64,000 bases of DNA from Escherichia coli (lineage in GTDB: Bacteria > Pseudomonadota > Gammaproteobacteria > Enterobacterales > Enterobacteriaceae): NCBI RefSeq assembly GCF_036507355.1, contig NZ_AP027877.1. One strand, 5' to 3'. The position numbers and the translations under genes are program-made. This document shows positions 55,040 to 64,000 of this stretch, one piece after another; the first letter of the stretch is position 1; each line of letters opens with the position of its first letter. Under the pieces are notes generated by a model. That model was not told where the DNA came from, ran no database searches, and saw only the letters and a list, made by a program, of their open reading frames with translations.

Positions 55040-55230
55040 GTGTGGTTTTGTAGGCCGGATAAGGCGTTCACGCCGCATCCGGCGACAGGAGCCAAATGCC
55101 GGATGCAACGCTGGCGCGTTTTATCCGGCCTACAATGAGCTCAACATACTGATTTGTATGGTTTTGTAGGCCGAATAAGGCGTTCAAGCCGCATCCGGCG
55201 ACAGGAACCAAATGCCGGATGCGTCTCTGG
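55040..55230. repeat. BIME cluster (four REP units) between mglC and preA
   Basis: GTAGGCCGGATAAGGCGTTCACGCCGCATCCGGCG, then the inverted TGCCGGATGCAACGCTGGCGCGTTTTATCCGGCCTAC, then GTAGGCCGAATAAGGCGTTCAAGCCGCATCCGGCG, then TGCCGGATGCG. A ~65-bp unit is directly repeated. Confidence 0.9.
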
Positions 55231-55232
55231 TT

Positions 55233-56468
55233 TTACAACGTTACCGGGTGTTCTTTCTCGCCTTTCTTAAACTTCACTTCCCCGAGCTCAATACAACCCA
55301 CCGGGCAGACGTGACCACAAAGCAGGCAACCAACACATTTCTCGGTATTACAATACGGTGTACGGGTTTTCTCGCTCCATTCCATCGCCTGGTGACCGCC
55401 GTCGTAACAGGAAATATAACAGCGTCCACAGCCAACACATTTATCAAGATTGATACGGGGATAGACAATATAACTGCGGTCTAAATCTTCCGCCGGGACA
55501 ATATTGTTATTCGCCAGACCTACCATCTCCTGCAACGAATCAAATCCCTGATCGGCGAGATAATGCGACAACCCGCTCGCCATATCTTCCACTATCCGAT
55601 AGCCGTACTGCATAATGCCGGTGGTGACCTGTAACGTTGCTGCGCCGAGCAATAAAAACTCCGCCGCATCCTCCCAGGTTTCAATGCCGCCGATACCGCT
55701 GATTGGGAAATCGCGCAGTTCTGGATGGGTGCGCATTTGCTGAATGAAGCGCAGGGCGATCGGTTTTACCGCTTTACCGGAATATCCGGAAATACTCGAT
55801 TTTCCGTTAACGATCGGCATACCGATTTTCTGATTAAGATCGATATTGGTGATGGATTTAACGGTGTTAATCGCCGCAATGCCATCTGCGCCGCCGCGCT
55901 TCGCCGCCAGCGCCACTTCGCACATATCACCGATATTCGGCGTCATCTTCGCCAGCATTGGCAGCGTGGAACCCCGTTTCACTGCCCGACAATATTTTTC
56001 TACTAGCTCCGGGCTTTGCCCGACATCGCTACCCATCGCATGAGAAGTCATTTGCGGACAGGAGAAGTTACACTCGATCATATCCGCGCCAGCTTCTTGC
56101 ACCAGGCGCGCCAGCTCCTCCCATTGCTGCTCATTTTCCCCCATGATCGAAGCGATCAATACTTTGTCCGGGTAATCTTCCTTCAGCCGACGCAGGGCGG
56201 CCAGATTCTCTTCCAACGGATGTTCAGCAATCTGCTCCATATTTTTGAAGCCGATAAAACCGGTATCTTCTTTCACCAGATGATCAAAACGCGGCGAGAC
56301 TTCGTTGGCGATAAAAAAGCCGATCGTTTTAAACACCACACCGCCCCAACCTGTGTCGTAGGCTTTGGCACACATCTCATAGCAGTTGCCTACCGGCGAA
56401 GAAGAGAGGCAGAATGGGTTGGGAAACTTCACGCCGCAAAAAGTAATCGAAAGATCTTTCGTTAACAT
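55233..56468 (-). CDS. preA: NAD-dependent dihydropyrimidine dehydrogenase subunit PreA (YeiA)
   Basis: ORF trimmed to [19 protein letters not shown] (411 aa). DHOD-like barrel plus two C-terminal 4Fe-4S motifs ([23 protein letters not shown]). Confidence 0.93.
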   Translation of the reverse strand: MLTKDLSITFCGVKFPNPFCLSSSPVGNCYEMCAKAYDTGWGGVVFKTIGFFIANEVSPRFDHLVKEDTGFIGFKNMEQIAEHPLEENLAALRRLKEDYPDKVLIASIMGENEQQWEELARLVQEAGADMIECNFSCPQMTSHAMGSDVGQSPELVEKYCRAVKRGSTLPMLAKMTPNIGDMCEVALAAKRGGADGIAAINTVKSITNIDLNQKIGMPIVNGKSSISGYSGKAVKPIALRFIQQMRTHPELRDFPISGIGGIETWEDAAEFLLLGAATLQVTTGIMQYGYRIVEDMASGLSHYLADQGFDSLQEMVGLANNNIVPAEDLDRSYIVYPRINLDKCVGCGRCYISCYDGGHQAMEWSEKTRTPYCNTEKCVGCLLCGHVCPVGCIELGEVKFKKGEKEHPVTL

Positions 56469-57700
56469 GAGCAAGCTCCCTCTAAATAGTAATGAATCGC
56501 CTCGGCGGCTTCTTTCCCGGTTTTCACGGCATAGACCACGGTTTTGTCACCCTCAACAATATCGCCAGCAGCAAAGACTTGCGGATCGCGGGTCTGATAA
56601 TTTTGTGTTTTGATGGTGTTACGCTGCGGCTCTAACTCCGCAAAGGCATCCAGTCTGGCATGCTGACCGACGGCGAGAATAATTTTATCTGCCACCATCG
56701 TCAGTTCGCCCGATAACCGTACATGCTTAAACGTGACTTTATTGCCTTCCACGGCTACTGGCGTGAATCCATCGATGATCGAAACGCCCAGCTCCCGGGC
56801 GCTGGCAAACTCTTTTTCGCTTGCCGGAAACTCATCTAACTCTTCACGCGCTACGCAAGTTACCGCCTGACAGCCGAGAACTTTCAGCGTGCTGGCTACG
56901 TCCATCGCGACATCACCGCCGCCGATAATTAATGCGCTTTGTGGAATGCTGATATCGCCTTGCACCTGTCGTGCACGTTGCAGGAAGTCCACGGCAATCT
57001 CAACGTCGCTATGCTCAAACAGCGGTAGCCCGGAACCGCTTGATAACCCCACGGTGACCAGTACCGCGCGGTTTTCCGCTTTCAGTTGCTCCAGGGTTAG
57101 TGTTTTACCGACTTCGTTGTTGCACTTAATGGTCACGCCCATTTTTTCAATACGGGCGATCTCTGCATCCAGTACTGATTGCGGTAACCGGAATTGCGGA
57201 ATGCCGTTACGCAACCAGCCACCGGGTTGTGCTTCTTTCTCATAGATCGTGACGTCATAACCCTGGTTTGTCAGTGTCACACTGGCCTGCAATCCGGCAG
57301 GACCTGCGCCAATAATCGCGACTTTGCCGAGCGTTTTAGTACCGGGCTGATAAATTTCCATCCCGGTTTGTTGTTCAAAATCAGTAACAAAACGCTGTAA
57401 GCGGCCGATATCAATGGGAGCATCAACACCGGCACGGGTACAACCGCTTTGGCATAATTTCTCCGTCGGGCACACTCTGGCACAAACGGCACCGAGGGCA
57501 TTATTTTCGCGAATTGTCTCGGCAGCGCCTTTAAAATTACGAAAGTAGATTGAGCGAATAAATTTCCCCGGATCGGTCTGTGCCGGGCAAGCCTGACTAC
57601 AGGGAGCGTCGTGACATAATAAACAGCGAGAGGCTTCTTTAATCGCCAGTAACGGCGTAAAAGCCGGAGTGAGTTCATCCAGATAATTTTGTTGCGGCAT
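56462..57700 (-). CDS. preT: NAD-dependent dihydropyrimidine dehydrogenase subunit PreT (YeiT)
   Basis: The 430-aa ORF is trimmed to [16 protein letters not shown] (412 aa). Fe-S Cys motif CLLCHDAPC and dinucleotide fold GAGPAG. Overlaps preA by 7 nt. Confidence 0.9.
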   Translation of the reverse strand: MPQQNYLDELTPAFTPLLAIKEASRCLLCHDAPCSQACPAQTDPGKFIRSIYFRNFKGAAETIRENNALGAVCARVCPTEKLCQSGCTRAGVDAPIDIGRLQRFVTDFEQQTGMEIYQPGTKTLGKVAIIGAGPAGLQASVTLTNQGYDVTIYEKEAQPGGWLRNGIPQFRLPQSVLDAEIARIEKMGVTIKCNNEVGKTLTLEQLKAENRAVLVTVGLSSGSGLPLFEHSDVEIAVDFLQRARQVQGDISIPQSALIIGGGDVAMDVASTLKVLGCQAVTCVAREELDEFPASEKEFASARELGVSIIDGFTPVAVEGNKVTFKHVRLSGELTMVADKIILAVGQHARLDAFAELEPQRNTIKTQNYQTRDPQVFAAGDIVEGDKTVVYAVKTGKEAAEAIHYYLEGACSC

Positions 57701-57742
57701 GTGATCTTCCTTAATGCTATGAGTAATTAAGGCGAACGCTAA

Positions 57743-57869
57743 TATACTCGTCATACTTCAAGTTGCATGTGCTGCGTCTGCGTTCGCTCACCCCAGTCAC
57801 TTACTTATGTAAGCTCCTGGGGACTCACTCACTTGTCGCCTTCCTGCAACTCGAATTATTTAGAGTATA
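57743..57869. repeat. ERIC (IRU) element, full length (~127 bp)
   Basis: TATACTCGTCATACTTCAAGTTGCATGTGCTGCG...GCTCACCCCAGTCACTTACTTATGTAAGCTCCTGGGGA...TGCAACTCGAATTATTTAGAGTATA matches the ERIC consensus, including the central inverted repeat. Confidence 0.92.
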
Positions 57870-57916
57870 AATATTGCGTGCTGATATTAAGGCTATGCGC
57901 GTGGGGAAATTTAAAC

Positions 57917-57932
57917 TGTGAAAGGATTCACA
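57917..57932. promoter_or_regulatory. Consensus CRP-binding site upstream of preT
   Basis: TGTGAAAGGATTCACA has perfect TGTGA-N6-TCACA half-sites. Candidate -10 elements lie on the - strand at 57884-57895. Confidence 0.6.
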
Positions 57933-57935
57933 AAT

Positions 57936-57966
57936 AGCTGCGGTTCAGAATGTTATATCCGCAGCT
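57936..57966 (-). terminator. Hairpin downstream of yeiS
   Basis: AGCTGCGG/CCGCAGCT 8-bp stem with a 15-nt loop. The - strand tail is ATTTGTG. Confidence 0.45.
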
Positions 57967-58017
57967 TATTGAGTGAAGTAATAATTATTCTCAATAATTA
58001 ACAGAAAAGAGAAAATA

Positions 58018-60013
<1,996 letters not shown>

Positions 60014-60072
60014 GGCGTTGCCTCATAATCATGTAATGGGATAACAGTTTACGAACCCGTTATGGCTTTATA

Positions 60073-60140
60073 TGTGATCTGAATCTCATTAATTATGCAA
60101 CGCGTGAAACTTACATCAAAAATGCGCGACGCATCGCAAA
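60073..60140 (-). promoter_or_regulatory. cdd promoter region with CRP-1, CytR-type and CRP-2 sites
   Basis: TGTGATCTGAATCTCA (60073-60088) is a CRP site about 41 nt upstream of a TAAACT -10 on the - strand. The GTTGCA CytR-type motif lies within 60091-60120. A weak second CRP-like site is centred ~52 bp further upstream (60125-60140). This matches the architecture I recall for cddP. Confidence 0.55.
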
Positions 60141-60142
60141 TT

Positions 60143-61269
<1,127 letters not shown>

Positions 61270-61363
61270 TTAATTCGTAAAACGTGCTACCGATCACATT
61301 AAGAATTCTCAGCATAGTTGAATTTTAGGGAGGTAACCTCGGGCGAGCGCCCCGTTCAGCACA

Positions 61364-62272
61364 CTAATTCTGCTGTAAAAAGTGCAGAAACTGACTTAAA
61401 GCATAAGAAGGCGTTTCGTTATTGCGCCAGAACACACCGACGCTACCTTTCTGTTCTATCTTTGGCAGGTTGAGTATCACCAGTTGTCCCTGGCTGGCAT
61501 AACGTTGCGCCAGGCGTAATGACAAAATAGAGATCATATCGCTGCTTTGTAACAGGTTGGTACTGACGTTCATCGACGCCGACTCAATCGTGTTTTCTGG
61601 CAGCATTACGCCGTGGTCTACCAGCGCATTATCAATACTAATGCGAATGGGGGTACCCGTCGGCCAGACGATCCAGCGCCAGTTGGCAAGATCATTCCAG
61701 CTGAGGGTGGCGTATTTCGCCAGTGGGTGCTCAGGGCGGGCGACAAAGCATACTGGCTCGGTGTACAGCACCTGATAATTCAGTGGCAGCTGCAATGCGC
61801 GACCGCCAATTCGCCCAACGACCACATCGACAGAACCTGCCAATAGATCTTGCAGCAATGGGGTCATCACCTTCTCTTCGATATTCAGGTGTAGAGTTGG
61901 CATCTTCGTAAGCAAATGCAAAATCGCCTGGGATACGCAGTCAGTGGCGACGGGAGAACAGCCAATTTTCAGACTGCCGACCAGTCCACCTTGTTTAAAA
62001 CGGGCCAGTTCATGTTGCGATCGCTCCATGTCATTGATTAACCGTTGGGCATGTTGCAATAACAATTTGCCGCCTTCAGTCGGACGTAATCCTTTGCTGT
62101 GCCGCTCAAAAAGTGTGATTCCAATCTCATCTTCGAGTTGTGACAACCATTTCGAAAGCGCAGGTTGGGTGATATTCATCATTCGTGCGACATGGGTTAG
62201 ATTGCCCTGTTCACCCAGCGCCACCAGCATTTCAAGGTGATGTAGTTTTAATTTTTGCGCCCAGTTCGCCAT
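61364..62272 (-). CDS. LysR-family regulator, MhbR-like (3-hydroxybenzoate/gentisate cluster)
   Basis: The 318-aa ORF is trimmed to MANWAQKLKLHHLEMLVALGEQGNLTHVARMMNITQPALSKWL (302 aa), a LysR HTH. It is divergent from an aromatic-acid MFS gene and a gentisate dioxygenase gene. The start choice is tentative. Confidence 0.8.
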   Translation of the reverse strand: MANWAQKLKLHHLEMLVALGEQGNLTHVARMMNITQPALSKWLSQLEDEIGITLFERHSKGLRPTEGGKLLLQHAQRLINDMERSQHELARFKQGGLVGSLKIGCSPVATDCVSQAILHLLTKMPTLHLNIEEKVMTPLLQDLLAGSVDVVVGRIGGRALQLPLNYQVLYTEPVCFVARPEHPLAKYATLSWNDLANWRWIVWPTGTPIRISIDNALVDHGVMLPENTIESASMNVSTNLLQSSDMISILSLRLAQRYASQGQLVILNLPKIEQKGSVGVFWRNNETPSYALSQFLHFLQQN

Positions 62273-62398
62273 TTGCCATAACCTCCAGGTTATCTCTCTG
62301 CCCGAAATGCCATTGTACATCTCATCTCTTTAATCACAATATCGCAACATATACAAAACAAAAGAAACATCTACCTTACCTGCACTGAGGCATTTACT

Positions 62399-63757
62399 AT
62401 GACTCAACGACGTGATTTACAAGCACTTATCGATGCTGCTCCGGTCGGCAAGATGCAGTGGCGCGTTATCATCTGCTGTTTTCTGGTGGTAATGCTCGAT
62501 GGTTTTGACACCGCGGCTATCGGATTTATCGCCCCTGATATTCGCACTCACTGGCAACTCACCGCAGGCGATCTCGCCCCGCTTTTTGGCGCGGGTCTGC
62601 TAGGATTAACCGCAGGCGCACTGCTTTGTGGCCCGTTGTCCGATCGCTTTGGTCGCAAGCGGGTGATTGAGCTGTGCGTCTTTTTGTTTGGCGCGTTAAG
62701 CCTCGCCTCGGCTTTCTCACCGGATCTGCAAACGCTGGTCTTCCTGCGCTTTCTCACCGGCCTGGGTCTGGGCGGCGCGATGCCGAACACCATCACCATG
62801 ACCTCGGAGTATCTGCCTGCCCGCCGCCGCGGCGCGCTGGTGACGCTGATGTTTTGCGGCTTTACGCTGGGTTCGGCGTTTGGCGGGATTGTCAGTGCGC
62901 AGCTGGTGCCGGTGATTGGCTGGCACGGCATTCTGGTGTTGGGGGGCGTGTTACCGCTGATGCTGTTTGTCGCACTGCTGGTAGTTCTGCCGGAATCGCC
63001 ACGCTGGCAGGTGCGCCGCCAGCTACCGCAGGCGGTGATTGCGAAAACCGTCAGCGCCATCACCCGCGAGCGTTATGTCGATACCCACTTTTATCTCATT
63101 GAATCAGCCTCCGTTACAAAAGGCAGCATTCGTCAACTGTTTATGGGACGTCAGTTACCCATCACGTTGATGCTGTGGGTAGTGTTCTTTATGAGCCTGC
63201 TGATTATTTACCTGCTCTCAAGCTGGATGCCGACGCTACTGAACCATCGCGGCATCGACCTGCAACACGCGTCCTGGGTCACCGCCGCGTTCCAGATTGG
63301 TGGTACGTTAGGCGCGCTGGCGCTGGGTGTGCTGATGGATAAGTTCAATCCTTTCCGCGTGCTGGCGCTGAGCTATGCCATAGGCGCTATATGCATCGTG
63401 ATGATTGGCTTAAGCCAGGATGGATTATGGTTGATGGCGCTGGCGATTTTCGGCACTGGCATTGGCATTAGCGGATCGCAGGTGGGGCTGAATGCGCTGA
63501 CCGCAACACTTTATCCAACACAAAGTCGCGCCACGGGCGTGAGCTGGTCAAATGCTATCGGCCGCTGCGGCGCGATTGTTGGTTCGCTGTCTGGCGGCGT
63601 GATGATGGCGATGAATTTCTCTTTCGACACCCTGTTTTTCATTATCGCTGTGCCTGCGGCGATCAGTGCGGTGATGTTAACCCTGCTGATTACCGTGGTT
63701 CGCCAGTCGACCTCTGTCCCTGACTCACTGCCTCGCGCAGGCGTTGTGAACGAATAA
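62399..63757 (+). CDS. MFS aromatic acid:H+ symporter, MhbT-like 3-hydroxybenzoate transporter
   Basis: 452 aa, 12-TM MFS with the [11 protein letters not shown] loop motif. The Klebsiella mhbRTDHIM gene order supports the assignment. Confidence 0.8.
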   Translation: MTQRRDLQALIDAAPVGKMQWRVIICCFLVVMLDGFDTAAIGFIAPDIRTHWQLTAGDLAPLFGAGLLGLTAGALLCGPLSDRFGRKRVIELCVFLFGALSLASAFSPDLQTLVFLRFLTGLGLGGAMPNTITMTSEYLPARRRGALVTLMFCGFTLGSAFGGIVSAQLVPVIGWHGILVLGGVLPLMLFVALLVVLPESPRWQVRRQLPQAVIAKTVSAITRERYVDTHFYLIESASVTKGSIRQLFMGRQLPITLMLWVVFFMSLLIIYLLSSWMPTLLNHRGIDLQHASWVTAAFQIGGTLGALALGVLMDKFNPFRVLALSYAIGAICIVMIGLSQDGLWLMALAIFGTGIGISGSQVGLNALTATLYPTQSRATGVSWSNAIGRCGAIVGSLSGGVMMAMNFSFDTLFFIIAVPAAISAVMLTLLITVVRQSTSVPDSLPRAGVVNE

Positions 63758-63768
63758 GGAGCATCCCA

Positions 63769-64000
63769 ATGACTGATAACAATCAAAATAGCCGCGAGCA
63801 ATTTTATCAGCATATTTCCGGGCAAAACCTGACCCCGCTGTGGGAGTCACTGCACCATCTGGTGCCGAAAACGCCCAACGCTAACTGTGCGCCAGCGTAC
63901 TGGAATTATCAGGAGATCCGCCCGCTGCTACTGGAGAGCGGCGGCCTGATTGGTGCGAAAGAGGCCGTGCGCCGCGTGCTGGTGCTGGAAAACCCGGCGC
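63769..64000 (+). CDS. Gentisate 1,2-dioxygenase (cupin), 5-prime part, truncated by the window edge
   Basis: ATG at 63769 preceded by the [86 protein letters not shown] resembles gentisate dioxygenase N-termini. Confidence 0.75.
   Translation, partial: MTDNNQNSREQFYQHISGQNLTPLWESLHHLVPKTPNANCAPAYWNYQEIRPLLLESGGLIGAKEAVRRVLVLENPA

Noticed and set aside
55040-55230. Repeat cluster considered as a possible CRISPR-like array.
   Set aside because: The repeats are REP palindromes in alternating orientation (BIME). The spacing is irregular, there are no unique spacers and no cas genes.

Overview
This window is an Escherichia coli chromosomal segment. By my recollection it is collinear, in reverse orientation, with the K-12 interval ccmH-narP ... 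yohK-yohJ (about 48-49 min). Almost every ORF is a recognisable core gene whose length matches its K-12 counterpart. In order these are narP, yejO, tRNA-Pro proL, yejM-yejL, yejK, rplY, radD(yejH), rsuA, bcr, yejG, yejFEBA, pdeN(rtn), mepS(spr), lpxT, yeiR, yeiQ, yeiP, yeiW, setB, fruBKA, psuKGT, yeiL, rihB, nupX, yeiI, nfo, yeiH, yeiE, lysP, cirA, yeiG, folE, yeiB, galS, mglBAC, preAT, yeiS, sanA, cdd and yohKJ. I see four departures from the K-12 arrangement. (1) An IS1 sits in the autotransporter gene yejO. (2) A second, inverted IS1 sits in the nucleoside transporter gene nupX. (3) An ERIC element lies in the preT leader and is probably strain-specific. (4) A 3-hydroxybenzoate/gentisate (mhbR-mhbT-mhbD-like) cluster begins beyond yohJ and runs off the right edge. 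REP/BIME repeats, several intrinsic terminators and several operator sites (Cra, CRP, GalR/GalS, Fur) are readable. I found no CRISPR array, prophage, toxin-antitoxin pair or defence island, and no unexplained multi-gene block. I therefore cannot support a claim that a wholly novel system is present. The most interesting leads are the two paralogous nucleoside-salvage modules (one of them IS1-damaged), the HTH-kinase fusion YeiI abutting nfo, conserved leader and tandem-repeat motifs around psuK/psuT/nupX, an orphan terminator downstream of fruA, and the inverted IS1 pair bracketing 34.7 kb. Coordinates of N-terminally trimmed genes are derived from the ORF track plus recognised K-12 start sites.
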